Positions 22,450 through 32,000 of a DNA stretch of 32,000 nucleotides are shown in pieces. The position numbers were made by a program, and so were the translations under genes. The stretch comes from an uncultured archaeon (GTDB lineage Archaea; Iainarchaeota; Iainarchaeia; Iainarchaeales; Iainarchaeaceae), in the NCBI GenBank assembly GCA_964577555.1, contig CAZNZM010000010.1, positions 6,796-38,795 of the forward strand, written 5' to 3'. The first letter of the stretch is position 1, and each line of letters begins with the position of its first letter. The notes beneath the pieces are model-generated. The model was not told the origin of the DNA. It worked only from the letters and a program-made list of their open reading frames with translations, and did not search any database.

Positions 22450-22800
22450 TTATCCTATCATTTTTCCATGAAATAAACCTTGTTGTTCGTCATTTTTAAT
22501 TTTTGGGTTTTTTTGTTCGATTTTTTCTTTCAATTTTTGCACAATTTTTTTTCCTTTGGATTCGTTGATTATTGCAACGATTTCGTGTTTTGGTACAGGG
22601 GCGCCGCCGACTGCAACAGGCGAGTAGTCAACCGAAACATAATCGTTTTCCTTGATGTCTTTTGCTATCATTGGATTTACTTTGAATATTATCAGGTTGT
22701 CGTCCCACATTTCTACAAGCGCTTGGCTTGTTTGTTCTGCAAATTTTGAACCTTTTTCTTCCGGGTTAAGTATGTGAATAACTTTTCCTATGTGATACAT
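22450..22800 (-). CDS. hypothetical soluble protein
   Basis: 116-aa ORF with its own minus-strand TATA (tttataa) and AGAGGTG ribosome binding site. No TM helix and no recognisable motif. Lys-rich C-terminus. Confidence 0.6.
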   Translation of the reverse strand: MYHIGKVIHILNPEEKGSKFAEQTSQALVEMWDDNLIIFKVNPMIAKDIKENDYVSVDYSPVAVGGAPVPKHEIVAIINESKGKKIVQKLKEKIEQKNPKIKNDEQQGLFHGKMIG

Positions 22801-22909
22801 TATAACACCTCTTTAACAAAATTGATGGCTTAAGGTTATAAATAGTTTCAAAGAAAATTTTGGTTTTTAATTTTATTGTGCTTTGACAATTGGTGTGGCT
22901 TTTATTATT

Positions 22910-23623
22910 TTATTTTAAAAGTATTGATGCTATAAAAGCAAGGCTGAAAAGTATTGGCTGATGTAACAAGTAAATCAGCATTGAATTTCTGCCGAGTTTT
23001 TGCAATAATTTTGGGATTATTCCATTTGGTTTTTCAATTTCAAACGCAAGTTTGTTGTTTTTGTAAAAAAAGTGCCAAAGAAAAGAGCCTAAAAGCATTA
23101 CTCCTGTCCATGGAAAAACTGGAAAAAAATCAAATGTTGGCTTTGGCTTGGAAAAACCCAGCCAAACAAGCCAGTCAATGTTTATTTGTTTTAAATCAAA
23201 AACAAACGGCAAAGCGATTGTAATAATAGCTCCTGCAAGACTTGTTGTTTTGTTGCCGACAAATGGAATTGAAAGAATTGTTGAAACAGCTATCAAGTGT
23301 ATTATTCCAAAATAAATAAAGTTTTCAGGGAATAGTGCAAACGTAACACCCGATATAAGCAAGGCTATACAAGAAAGTTTTAAGCTTTTTTTTGCAAAAC
23401 TCGCGAAAATGTTTGTATTATTTTTTTGTACTTTCATTGCAAGCGTTGCGCCAGAAATAATTAGAAAAAGGCTTGCGGTTGCTATTTGGAAAGCCCCAAA
23501 AAACCCAGTGTAAAGGTTTTCGTTTATAAACCCAAAAAAGTTTAAGTCCCAAAAGGCATGGAATGTAATCATCATTATAATGGCGATTCCTCGCAAAAAA
23601 TCTATTTCCCAAAGCCTTTTCAT
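22910..23623 (-). CDS. DUF1624 (heparan-alpha-glucosaminide N-acetyltransferase-like) membrane protein
   Basis: 237 aa. The N-terminal RLWEIDFLRGIAIIMMITFH is the characteristic DUF1624 opening motif. Multiple TM helices follow. Confidence 0.75.
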   Translation of the reverse strand: MKRLWEIDFLRGIAIIMMITFHAFWDLNFFGFINENLYTGFFGAFQIATASLFLIISGATLAMKVQKNNTNIFASFAKKSLKLSCIALLISGVTFALFPENFIYFGIIHLIAVSTILSIPFVGNKTTSLAGAIITIALPFVFDLKQINIDWLVWLGFSKPKPTFDFFPVFPWTGVMLLGSFLWHFFYKNNKLAFEIEKPNGIIPKLLQKLGRNSMLIYLLHQPILFSLAFIASILLK

Positions 23624-23716
23624 TCAAAAGATCTTCTTTGAAAAACCTTTTATGTTGTTTTTTCAAAATGTTTTGGTTTTATAAACACTTTTTTATGTTA
23701 ATACATCCAAGTTATT

Positions 23717-24967
23717 ATGAATCTTAAAGGAATAAAACTTGATTCTGATATTGTAAAAGCCATAAAAGAAATCGGTTTTTCTGAATTTACTTTGATTCAA
23801 GAAAAAAGCATTCCTTTGATATTGGAAGGAAAAGATATTATCGGGCAGTCAAGTACTGGTTCTGGCAAAACCGCTGCTTTTGGCTTGCCAATTGTTGAAA
23901 ATGTAAAGCATGGACAAGGCGTTCAAGCTCTTATTCTTACGCCAACTCGCGAGCTTTGTGTGCAAGTTGCAAATGCTATTTCGGTTTTTGCCAAGTATCG
24001 TAAATTAAAAGTAATGGCTGTTTTTGGCGGAGTTTCGATTAATCCACAAAAAGAAGGTTTGAAATCTGCTGAAATTGTTGTTGGCACTCCTGGCAGAATA
24101 CTTGACCATTTGAATTCCAGGTCATTAAAACTTGACAAAGTACGTTTTTTTGTTTTGGATGAAACCGACAGAATGTGCGACATGGGTTTTTTTGACGATG
24201 TTAAAAAAATAATTGATCAAGTTCCAAAGTCCAGGCAAATAATGCTTTTTAGTGCCACAATAACAAAGGATATTCAAAAAATTGTTTCTTTGTATATGCG
24301 CAATCCTGTTACAATACGTGGAGACCAGTTTGTTGATCCTGCTTTGCTTGAACAAGTTTATTATGATGTTGCCTCAAATGAAAAATTTGCTGTGTTGGTT
24401 CATCTTTTAAAAAATAATTCTGCTGGTCTTTCAATGGTTTTTTGTGGAACAAGGAGAATGGCTGATGTTGTGGCTAGAAATCTTAGAAAAAATGGTTTGA
24501 ATGCCATGCCAATACATGGAGGTTTGACGCAAAACAAGAGGCTTCATGCAATTCATTCTTTGAAAAACAAGCACATTGATATATTAGTAGCCACTGATGT
24601 GGCGGCTAGGGGGCTTGATATTGGAGGAGTAAATTTTGTTTATAACTATGATGTGCCAAAAACTTATGAAGAATACATTCATCGAATAGGAAGAACAGCG
24701 CGCGCTGGAAAAAATGGGCTTGCAATAACTCTTCTTTCACCGTTTGACCACATCAATTTTAGGAATATTTTGCGCAATTCTTCGCTTAATATAAAAAATT
24801 TGCCTACTCCTGCCGTTGAGCCAATTAAACTTAAAACTAACAATAATTGGCATGGAAAGTCAAGCCATTCATATCACGGTTTTCATTCAAGTGACAGGCA
24901 TCATAATAATCAACGCCGACACTTGAGGCGAGGCTCTCATTCAAAGAAATATTCAAGGCAACATTAG
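23717..24967 (+). CDS. DEAD-box ATP-dependent RNA helicase (motif II variant DETD)
   Basis: Q motif FSEFTLIQEKSIP, motif I GQSSTGSGKT, Ia PTRELCVQ, II VLDETD, III SAT, VI HRIGRTARAG. His/Arg/Ser-rich C-terminal tail. Confidence 0.92.
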   Translation: MNLKGIKLDSDIVKAIKEIGFSEFTLIQEKSIPLILEGKDIIGQSSTGSGKTAAFGLPIVENVKHGQGVQALILTPTRELCVQVANAISVFAKYRKLKVMAVFGGVSINPQKEGLKSAEIVVGTPGRILDHLNSRSLKLDKVRFFVLDETDRMCDMGFFDDVKKIIDQVPKSRQIMLFSATITKDIQKIVSLYMRNPVTIRGDQFVDPALLEQVYYDVASNEKFAVLVHLLKNNSAGLSMVFCGTRRMADVVARNLRKNGLNAMPIHGGLTQNKRLHAIHSLKNKHIDILVATDVAARGLDIGGVNFVYNYDVPKTYEEYIHRIGRTARAGKNGLAITLLSPFDHINFRNILRNSSLNIKNLPTPAVEPIKLKTNNNWHGKSSHSYHGFHSSDRHHNNQRRHLRRGSHSKKYSRQH

Positions 24968-24997
24968 GCAAATAAAAAATAAATTTTGGCTTGCAAA

Positions 24998-27900
24998 TTA
25001 ACTGCATCCGCTTGTGGCGCCGCAATCTTCGCATACTGTGCAAGCACCATTTCTTTTAACGCGCATTGAACCGCAACTCGCACAAGAGTCTCCAGTATAA
25101 CCCTTGTTGCGCGCCAATTTTGTCTTTATTTCTTCTTCTTTGCCCATCTTGTCCAATTCTTCCATTGTTTTTGGCGTTTCTTTTTTGGCTTCAAGTTCTG
25201 GCGGAACAATTTTCTTTTGTTCTCCTTCAATGTGTTCTTCAATGCCGTTTATTGGTTTTATATGTACAAAGTCAGTTCTGCCAAGATATTCATAACCAAG
25301 CACCCTGAATATATAATCAATGATTGAAGTTGCATTCTTTATTGCTTCATGTCCTTTTACAGGCCCTGATGGTTCAAACCTTGTAAATACAAACGAATCC
25401 ACCAGTTCTTCCAAAGGCACGCCGTATTGCAATGCTTTTGAAACAGCAACTGCAAAGCAATTCATGAGTGCCCTATAACTTGCTCCTTCTTTGTACATAT
25501 CAATAAATATTTCTCCAAGAGTGCCGTCAGGATACTCGCCTGTTTTAATGAATACTTTATGTCCGCCTACCGTGGCTTCTTGGACAAATCCTCGTCTTTT
25601 TGAAGGCAAAGCCCTTTTTTGCAATTTGATTGAAATTTTTTGCTGAACCATTGATGGTCCTATTGTTTCGTCAACATCTTCCTCTTCGCCAAGCCAAGCT
25701 ATTTCATCTTCGCTTGCAATTGTATTTAATGGCTGGGACAATTTGCTGCCATCCCTATACAAAGCGTTTGCTTTCACCATTAATTGCCAAGATTGAAGAT
25801 AAGCGTCTTTTATTTCTTCAATAGTGGTATTGTTAGGCATGTTGATCGTTTTGCTTATTGCGCCGCTGATGAATGGCTGGGCCGCTGCAAGCATTTTTAT
25901 ATGGCCCATCGGATGTATAAATCTCTTGCCATTTTTTCCGCACTTGCTTGCACAGTCAAATACAGGGTAATGTTCTTCTTTGAGATGCGGTGCCCCTTCA
26001 ATAGTCATTGTACCGCAAATGTAATCATTGGCTTTGTCTATTTCTTCTTGGCTAAAACCAAGAGCTTTCAGCATATCAAAATCAGGGTTGTTCAACTGGC
26101 TTTCCGTGAAACCAAGGCTTTTGCAAAATTCTTCACCCAATATCCATTTATTGAATGCAAATTTTAATTCAAAGGCATTTTGAAGGTTTGCCTCTATTGC
26201 AGCAATTTTTTCTTCCGTAAAACCCTTTGCAATAAGGCTTGCTTTGTTTATTGAAGGACAACCTTCTAGAGTACCGGTTCCTTTAACGTATTTTACTATT
26301 TCATCAATTTGTCTTTCAGAATAACCGAGTTTTTTCAAAGCAAGAGGAACAGACTGGTTAACTATTTTAAAATATCCGCCGCCAGCCAACTTTTTGAATT
26401 TCACCATTGCAAAATCCGGTTCTATTCCAGTAGTATCGCAATCCATTAACAAGCCTATTGTGCCTGTTGGAGCTATAACAGTTACTTGTGCATTTCTATA
26501 ACCGTATTTTTCACCCAGTATCAATGCCTTGTCCCAAGCATCTCTTGCAGAACTCAAAAGTTTTTTAGGGCACTTTTCAGGGTTGATGCCCATTGGTTTA
26601 ATAGTCAAGCCTTCATACTCACTTGACTTGGCATTATATGCGGCGCGCCTGTGGTTTCTTATAACCCTAAGCATGTCCTGCTTGTTTGCTTCATATCTTG
26701 GAAATGGGCCAAGAGCTTGCGCCATTTCAGCAGAAGTAGCATAAGCTTCACCACACATTATTGCAGTAATTGCTCCTGCAATGGCTCGGCCTTCATCAGA
26801 ATCATATGGCACGCCAGAAACCATTAGCAATGCTCCCAAATTGGCATATCCCAATCCAAGAGTTCTATAATCATAACTGCGTTGTGCAATCTCCTTTGAT
26901 GGAAATTGAGCCATTAGAACGCTTATTTCAAGCACAATAGTCCAAAGCCTTACCGCATGCCTGAATTCATAAGCCTTAAACTCGCATTTTTCGTCAATAA
27001 AATGCATCAAATTTATGCTTGCAAGGTTGCAAGCAGTATCGTCAAGGAACATGTATTCAGAACACGGGTTGCTTGCGTTTATTCTTCCATCTTTTGGACA
27101 AGTGTGCCATTCATTGATTGTATCATCAAACTGAATTCCAGGATCTGCCGAATGCCAAGCAGCATAAGCTATTTTGTCCCAAAGCTCTCTTGCCTTGACT
27201 GTTTTTGCCACGGCCCCTGTTTTTCTAAATTTCAAATCCCAATTGCCATCATTCAAAACAGCCTCGATAAACGCATTATTTACTCTAACACTATTATTTG
27301 AATTCTGCCCTGACACCGTTCCGTATGCTTCGGAATTATAATTAGTGTCAAAAGTTGCAAAATCAATTGCTTTTTCGCCTTGCTCAGCAAGTTGCAGGAC
27401 TCTGAAAATATAATTTGGAGGAATATTTTCCTTAAGAGCCGCCTTTATTTCGTTTTTAAGCTCCTTATTATTCTTGATATCAGTTGTCTTTCCGTCATGG
27501 GCTGCCTTCATTATTCTGTTTAACCTATAATTACATGTTTTGCTTCCAGCCACCATTGCTGCCACTTTTTGCTCTTCAAGAACTTTCCAAGAAATAAATT
27601 TCTCTATGTCTGGATGGTCGATGTCAAGAATAACCATTTTTGCAGCCCTTCTTGTGGTGCCGCCAGATTTGATCGCTCCTGCAGCTCTGTCAAAAATTTT
27701 CAAAAAAGACATTAAACCAGAACTATAACCCCCACCAGAAAGAGGTTCGCCTTCGCCCCTTATACTTGAAAAATTAGTGCCAGTGCCAGAACCATACTTG
27801 AAAATTCTTGCTTCACGAGTCACCAAATCAAAAATCCCACCCTCATTCACAAGGTCGTCATGCACTGATTGAATAAAACAAGCATGTGGCTGCGGGTGAG

Positions 27901-28486
27901 AATAGGCATCAGAAGACTTTTCAAGCGTTTTAGTATCAGGGTTGACAAAATAATGTCCCTGCGCAGGCCCTGTTATACCATAAGCATGATACAATCCTGT
28001 GTTAAACCATTGAGGGCTATTAGGTGCGGCAAATTGATTAACAAGCATGTACTTTAACTCGTCTTCAAAAGCATTTGCGTCCTCATCACTTGCAAAATAA
28101 TTGTACTTTTCACCCCACCAGCGCCAAGTTTCAGCAAGCCTTGAAATAACCTGTTTAACGCTCCTTTCAGGACCCAATAATTGCTTTCCATCAGGCCCAA
28201 TAATCGGCTTTCCAGACTTGTCGAATTGCGGAACCCCGGCCTTTCTAAAATATTTTTGTGCAATAATATCAGTTGCTATTTGCGACCAAGACTTGGGAAC
28301 TTCAATGTCCTTCATCTCAAAAACAATGCTTCCGTCAGGATTCCTTATAATGGAAGTCCTATACTCGTATTCAATTTCATCAAGCGGATTGGAACCCTTT
28401 TTAGTAAAAACCCTTTTTATTGAAAGCCCTTTAGGATTTTGCTTTTTTTGAACAGCCTCCTGGCTAGGCTTTTTGCTAATAATCAT
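24998..28486 (-). CDS. nrdJ: adenosylcobalamin-dependent (class II) ribonucleotide reductase
   Basis: 1162 aa. [17 protein letters not shown], active-site [52 protein letters not shown]-terminal Cys cluster CASCGS...[13 protein letters not shown], typical of class II enzymes. Confidence 0.92.
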   Translation of the reverse strand: MIISKKPSQEAVQKKQNPKGLSIKRVFTKKGSNPLDEIEYEYRTSIIRNPDGSIVFEMKDIEVPKSWSQIATDIIAQKYFRKAGVPQFDKSGKPIIGPDGKQLLGPERSVKQVISRLAETWRWWGEKYNYFASDEDANAFEDELKYMLVNQFAAPNSPQWFNTGLYHAYGITGPAQGHYFVNPDTKTLEKSSDAYSHPQPHACFIQSVHDDLVNEGGIFDLVTREARIFKYGSGTGTNFSSIRGEGEPLSGGGYSSGLMSFLKIFDRAAGAIKSGGTTRRAAKMVILDIDHPDIEKFISWKVLEEQKVAAMVAGSKTCNYRLNRIMKAAHDGKTTDIKNNKELKNEIKAALKENIPPNYIFRVLQLAEQGEKAIDFATFDTNYNSEAYGTVSGQNSNNSVRVNNAFIEAVLNDGNWDLKFRKTGAVAKTVKARELWDKIAYAAWHSADPGIQFDDTINEWHTCPKDGRINASNPCSEYMFLDDTACNLASINLMHFIDEKCEFKAYEFRHAVRLWTIVLEISVLMAQFPSKEIAQRSYDYRTLGLGYANLGALLMVSGVPYDSDEGRAIAGAITAIMCGEAYATSAEMAQALGPFPRYEANKQDMLRVIRNHRRAAYNAKSSEYEGLTIKPMGINPEKCPKKLLSSARDAWDKALILGEKYGYRNAQVTVIAPTGTIGLLMDCDTTGIEPDFAMVKFKKLAGGGYFKIVNQSVPLALKKLGYSERQIDEIVKYVKGTGTLEGCPSINKASLIAKGFTEEKIAAIEANLQNAFELKFAFNKWILGEEFCKSLGFTESQLNNPDFDMLKALGFSQEEIDKANDYICGTMTIEGAPHLKEEHYPVFDCASKCGKNGKRFIHPMGHIKMLAAAQPFISGAISKTINMPNNTTIEEIKDAYLQSWQLMVKANALYRDGSKLSQPLNTIASEDEIAWLGEEEDVDETIGPSMVQQKISIKLQKRALPSKRRGFVQEATVGGHKVFIKTGEYPDGTLGEIFIDMYKEGASYRALMNCFAVAVSKALQYGVPLEELVDSFVFTRFEPSGPVKGHEAIKNATSIIDYIFRVLGYEYLGRTDFVHIKPINGIEEHIEGEQKKIVPPELEAKKETPKTMEELDKMGKEEEIKTKLARNKGYTGDSCASCGSMRVKRNGACTVCEDCGATSGCS

Positions 28487-28769
28487 TTATTCACCCCGCA
28501 AGAACTGATTTACTCCCTATTTGGTTTATCAGGAATGATACAAAAGCAACTTCATATATAAAAACATTACCTTCTACATATTTGCTGTTAGAAAAATGAA
28601 TTTATATTACTAATTCAATTTACTTATTTTATTGAATTATGTTAATTTTTATTTTATAGTTTGTTTTTTGAACTATTTTTATTTTTGTTGTTTTTTGACA
28701 TTATTTTTTTCACCTGTTATTTTTTTAAATTGATTATTCTAAAAATTAATTTCTGCAGGAGGAATATTT

Positions 28770-29081
28770 ATGAAGGAACTAACCGACAAGGATTTTGACG
28801 ATTTTATAAAGAAAAATAAAACAGTAGTAGTTGATTTTTGGGCCGCATGGTGCGGACCTTGCAGAATTGCTGCCCCAATCTTCGAAGAATTGGCAAAAGA
28901 ATACAAGGGAAAAGCCGAATTTGTTAAAGTAAACGTTGATGAAAATTCAGAAACCGCATCAAAGTACGAAATCATGTCAATACCAACATTCATAATATTC
29001 AAAAATGGCGAAATTGCAGGAGAAATACACGGAGCTTATCCTAAACCACAATTCAAAGAACAGCTTGACGAATACTTATAA
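28770..29081 (+). CDS. trxA: thioredoxin
   Basis: 103 aa with VVDFWAAWCGPCR and IMSIPTFIIFKNGE. GCAGGAGG ribosome binding site. Confidence 0.95.
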   Translation: MKELTDKDFDDFIKKNKTVVVDFWAAWCGPCRIAAPIFEELAKEYKGKAEFVKVNVDENSETASKYEIMSIPTFIIFKNGEIAGEIHGAYPKPQFKEQLDEYL

Positions 29082-29291
29082 AAAATCTTTTGCCAAAAAT
29101 TGGGCATTTTTTGTTTTTTAAAAAAGTGCAAAAATAGGCTTGGTTCAAGCAATCCGGTATTTGGAAAATCAAGCCTATTTGAATCAAAGATTTTTGCTTT
29201 GAACTTTTTATAATAACCTTTTAAATAATAGCCTGACTTTAAATAAATAAAATCAATAATCTTTTCTTTCATGAGAAATACATAAAAATTT

Positions 29292-29443
29292 GCGAGGGTG
29301 GCAGAGTGGTCTAATGCGGCGGCCTGCTAACAATTTTCCTTCTCAAAATCAAATTTCATTTGTTGTATTATTTTTTTTGGAAAGGAAAAAGGCTGCGAGC
29401 CGTTACTCGAAAGGGTGCACGGGTTCGAATCCCGTCCCTCGCG
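29292..29443 (+). tRNA. tRNA-Ser (anticodon GCT) with a 68-nt intron at 37/38 (intron about 29330-29397)
   Basis: Exon 1: GCGAGGG-TG-GCA-GAGTGGTCTAA-TGC-G-GCGGC-CTGCTA. Exon 2: A-GCCGT, variable arm ACTC-GAAA-GGGT, T arm ACGGG-TTCGAAT-CCCGT, acceptor CCCTCGC, discriminator G. T-run follows. The intron boundary is ambiguous by 1 nt (A on both sides). Confidence 0.88.
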
Positions 29444-29465
29444 TGTTTTTCAAAATTCACTCAAA

Positions 29466-29903
29466 TTAATTTTTTGAATAAAGTCCAACCAATTCCCCTT
29501 TGGCAATGATATGCCCTTTCATTGCCTTTTCCAAATCAACTTTTCTGGAAGAATTGCTTATATTAAGCATGCAATCAAGAGCAAAAACCTTGAAAAAATA
29601 CCGGTGAGTGCCTGAAGGCGGACACGGGCCATGCCACTTCTTTTGTCCAGCGCTATTGACACCTTCAACACCCGGCACGGAATTTTCGGCTATTTTGGAT
29701 AAAGGTTTGATATTCCACACAATCCAATGATCCCAAGTTCCCATAGGTGCATCAGGATCATCAACAATCAAGGCAAGAGACTTTGCTTCCACAGGAATAC
29801 CTTCAATTATTATTTCAGGATTGACATCCTCGCCTTTGCAAGTATATTTGTCAGGTATTCTTCCATTATTTGGAAAAACACTTTTGACATGCAACAACTT
29901 CAT
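29466..29903 (-). CDS. PEBP (YbhB/YbcL) family protein
   Basis: DDPDAPMGTWDHW and GPCPPSGTHRYFFKVFALD, the PEBP signatures. The ATG at 29903 is preceded by GAGGTGAGG, so it is preferred over the track start at 29927. Confidence 0.88.
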   Translation of the reverse strand: MKLLHVKSVFPNNGRIPDKYTCKGEDVNPEIIIEGIPVEAKSLALIVDDPDAPMGTWDHWIVWNIKPLSKIAENSVPGVEGVNSAGQKKWHGPCPPSGTHRYFFKVFALDCMLNISNSSRKVDLEKAMKGHIIAKGELVGLYSKN

Positions 29904-29908
29904 AATCC

Positions 29909-30397
29909 TCACCTCAAAAAATGGCATGAAACAAATTTGTGCTTGGCAAGATACTTTTGATGATATTCTTCAGCCTTCCAAAAATCAGACGCAGGAACAA
30001 TTTCAGTAACAATTTTTTGCTTGAACTTCCCTGACTTGTCAAGCTTTTCTTTTGATTTTTCCGCAATTTCTTTCTGTTTTTTGTTATAATAAAAAATAAT
30101 TGACCTGTATTGGCTTCCAATATCAAACCCTTGCCTGTCTTTTGTGGTAGGGTCATGAATACTCCAAAAAATTTCAAGCAACTTTTCATAAGAAACAATT
30201 TTTGGATCGAATTTCAAATTAACTACTTCGGCATGTCCAGTCAAACCAGTACAAACATCTTCATAAGTCGGATTTTTCAATTTGCCTCCCATGAACCCAA
30301 CCGTTGTTTCTTTTACACCAGCCAATTTCATAAAAGAGTCTTCAACACCCCAAAAACAACCAGCTCCAAAAGTCGCTTCTTCAAAATTTTTTCGCAT
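29909..30397 (-). CDS. msrA: peptide methionine-(S)-sulfoxide reductase MsrA
   Basis: ATFGAGCFWGVE catalytic motif, GHAEVV, DPTTKDRQGFDIGSQYRS, EEYHQKYL. The track start at 30451 is a TTG next to the TATA box; the ATG at 30397 (MRKNFEEATFGAGCFWG) is preferred. Confidence 0.92.
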   Translation of the reverse strand: MRKNFEEATFGAGCFWGVEDSFMKLAGVKETTVGFMGGKLKNPTYEDVCTGLTGHAEVVNLKFDPKIVSYEKLLEIFWSIHDPTTKDRQGFDIGSQYRSIIFYYNKKQKEIAEKSKEKLDKSGKFKQKIVTEIVPASDFWKAEEYHQKYLAKHKFVSCHFLR

Positions 30398-30621
30398 AAA
30401 AAGCAAACACCCAAAACAATTAATATTTTTAATTATTAACAACTTGTTCAAAGTATAAATACTTGGCTATAAACAGAAAAACTTATGATACTAAATTTAA
30501 TTCCCTTTAATACAACTTTAATAATGATAAAATATAAAACTAGGTGCTATAAAAAACAATATTTCAAAAAAAAGCAGCAATGCAAAGATTAAAATACTTA
30601 AATTAAGATTTAAATTATGTT

Positions 30622-31218
30622 ATGTTTCGTCGACGTAGAACAAACGTGCCTCGCGATAAAAAAAGACCAGGAACTTTAGGACCAAGAATTAAAAATGTTG
30701 TTTTGGCAGCTTCTGCGGCTGTTGGTTTGGCTGTCGGTTCGTTGCACTTGGCTGAAAAAAAAAGAGATAAAATTGTTTTGACATTGCCGACTTTATATAA
30801 TTTGGCAGTTGAAAATAGATCTCTCAAGCATCTTGAAAACCCAAAACAAAAGCATTATCTGAACAAACTTTTTGAAATAACACAAAAAGTTTTTAACAAA
30901 GAGCAAGTCACATTCGGCGAACTTAGAAGAGTTGTTACAGCCATACAGGAAAATAAAGGGCGTTTGGTGGATTTGCAACACAGGATGAATCAACTTTATC
31001 ATGAATTGGATTTGCTTCAAGGCAAAAAAGGTATTGGCGAAAGATTAAAAACTATCGAAGCTGAACTTGAAAGGCTTGAAAGAATTGAAAAAGCAATTAA
31101 AGATTGGTATGCTTATTTGGAAAGTTTAAGGCGTGAAGGTCGCCTTGATGAGAAGGACATTGAGATTTTGAAAAGAGTAGGTTTATTTATTTCTGACTTG
31201 CCCGAACAACCTAAGTAG
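30622..31218 (+). CDS. hypothetical N-terminally anchored coiled-coil protein
   Basis: 198-aa ORF. Basic N-terminus, one TM (VVLAASAAVGLAVGSLHL), then heptad-like helical sequence (LYHELDLLQGKK...IEAELERLERIEKAIKDWYAYLESLRREG). No family recognised. Confidence 0.6.
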   Translation: MFRRRRTNVPRDKKRPGTLGPRIKNVVLAASAAVGLAVGSLHLAEKKRDKIVLTLPTLYNLAVENRSLKHLENPKQKHYLNKLFEITQKVFNKEQVTFGELRRVVTAIQENKGRLVDLQHRMNQLYHELDLLQGKKGIGERLKTIEAELERLERIEKAIKDWYAYLESLRREGRLDEKDIEILKRVGLFISDLPEQPK

Positions 31219-31432
31219 TCTTTTAAGCAATAATTTCTCATGACACGCAACTATAAATTTCAAAAATTTTGAAAAATAAGCATAATAAAACCCTTTTTGA
31301 AAAAATAACAAAACCCCACTTTTAAAAACAAACATGATTTCTATAATGCCATTACTACACACCCGCTTGCCACAAAGTTTTTTATTATTTCTTTGAAATA
31401 TATTTCTTGCCGCCAATTTTTGGCTAAAGAAT

Positions 31433-31600
31433 GCAGGAGTAGCGAAGCGGTCAAACGCGCCAGACTCAAGTCACATTTTTTCTTTCGTTGCACAAAAGAA
31501 AAAGACGAACCAAAAAATAAAACAACAAAAAAGCAATCATTCAGTGTGTGGGCAATCTGGTGGCTTAGTGCCTTCGGAGGTTCGAATCCTCCCTCCTGCA
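31433..31600 (+). tRNA. tRNA-Leu (anticodon CAA) with an 84-nt intron at 37/38 (intron about 31471-31554)
   Basis: Exon 1: GCAGGAG-TA-GCG-AAGCGGTCAAA-CGC-G-CCAGA-CTCAAG. Exon 2: A-TCTGG, long variable arm (TGGCTTAGTGCCTTC), T arm GGAGG-TTCGAAT-CCTCC, acceptor CTCCTGC, discriminator A. Followed by attttt. Confidence 0.88.
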
Positions 31601-32000
31601 ATTTTTAAAAAATCACTTTTTTTTAAAATAAAAAAATTGGTAATCCAACAATTTACATATCAAGAATCGCGCCTTTTTTTGATGCTGCAAATAAATGCTT
31701 TGCAAAAAAGCCAATTAAAAGACAAAAAAACATATTACTAATATGCCGCCTTATAAAGAAACAATATGCTATTAATAAATGTTAAATATTTTAGAACGAC
31801 AATAAGTATGAAACTCCATCAAAAATAATTTATTGGTGCAAGGAAGTTGATATTTCAGTTAAACATTGAACCAAGCCAACTAATTTTTTTATTATTTTCA
31901 AATATTTTCCTTTTTTTTCAACCTATTTTGCAGTTGTTGTTTGTATATATTGCTATTGCTGTTCCTAATAGTGTGTTGTTGATTGTGTTGTTGGTTATGT

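Noticed and set aside
24998-28486. Intein inside the 1162-aa NrdJ
   Set aside because: The protein reads as continuous long-form class II RNR sequence across its length. I see no Cys/Ser-initiated insert ending in His-Asn next to the catalytic motifs. The extra length fits the known long NrdJ subtype plus the C-terminal Cys-rich tail.
29036-29272. 78-aa minus-strand ORF between trx and tRNA-Ser
   Set aside because: It overlaps the thioredoxin 3' end, is Lys/Phe/Tyr-rich low complexity, and has no ribosome binding site or recognisable domain. It also overlaps the region expected to carry the tRNA-Ser promoter.
29395-29404. The 10-mer gcgagccgtt at the tRNA-Ser intron/exon-2 junction also occurs in islands A (7664-7673) and C (15488-15497), and as tcgagccgtt in island B, hinting at a tRNA-derived origin or att site
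   Set aside because: The match is real but only 10 nt long. It does not extend into flanking tRNA sequence in any island and there is no integrase, so I cannot distinguish it from chance. Worth a genome-wide k-mer test only.
31341-31608. ORFs 31341-31601 (-) and 31393-31608 (+)
   Set aside because: Both span the intron-containing tRNA-Leu gene, whose cloverleaf explains the sequence.
31900-32000. Possible minus-strand CDS entering from the right edge (two frames open for about 25-30 codons, for example …ITNNTINNTLLGTAIAIYTNNNCKIG stop)
   Set aside because: It is too short, two frames are equally open, and there is no motif. I cannot call it from this window.

Overview
AT-rich (roughly 30% GC by eye) archaeal chromosomal window. 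Lineage markers: a PAN proteasomal AAA ATPase, FtsZ, an archaeal-type SRP (7S) RNA, TATA-box promoters with GGAGGTG-type ribosome binding sites, and four CCA-less tRNA genes, two with long introns at the canonical 37/38 site. This fits a small-genome DPANN-like archaeon best, but that is inference and cannot be tested here. Left to right: 3'-truncated HerA-like ATPase (-), malic enzyme (+), tRNA-Ala (-), small membrane protein (-), single-chain GMP synthase (-), cysteine-rich repeat lipoprotein (-), PAN (-), site-2 protease (+), FtsZ (-), SRP RNA (+), basic 153-aa protein and 336-aa membrane protein (-), tRNA-Asn (+), Lys-rich 276-aa protein (-), PadR regulator (-) divergent from a nitroreductase (+), TrmB-like regulator (+), a four-gene VirB2/VirB6/VirB3/VirB4-like operon (-), 116-aa hypothetical (-), DUF1624-type membrane protein (-), DEAD-box helicase (+), class II ribonucleotide reductase NrdJ (-), thioredoxin (+), intron-containing tRNA-Ser (+), PEBP (-), MsrA (-), 198-aa coiled-coil protein (+), intron-containing tRNA-Leu (+). 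Two things deserve a second look. (1) The minus-strand operon at 18387-22282 is a stripped-down conjugation/T4SS-like membrane module (pilin-like, VirB6-like, PrgI/VirB3-like fused to a VirB4 N-domain-like segment, VirB4 ATPase core). The window holds no coupling protein, relaxase or other T4SS parts, and the parts list resembles archaeal Ced/Ted DNA-import systems. (2) Four strand-asymmetric islands built from oligo(T) runs and short recurring words (7575-7882, 12590-13261, 14956-15711, 18218-18386) cover about 6% of the window. All have the same orientation and each abuts the stop codon of a minus-strand gene. Two sit directly downstream of + strand RNA genes. I cannot assign them to any standard feature class. 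Most + strand ORFs in the supplied track that lie inside minus-strand genes or inside the T-rich islands are translation artefacts.
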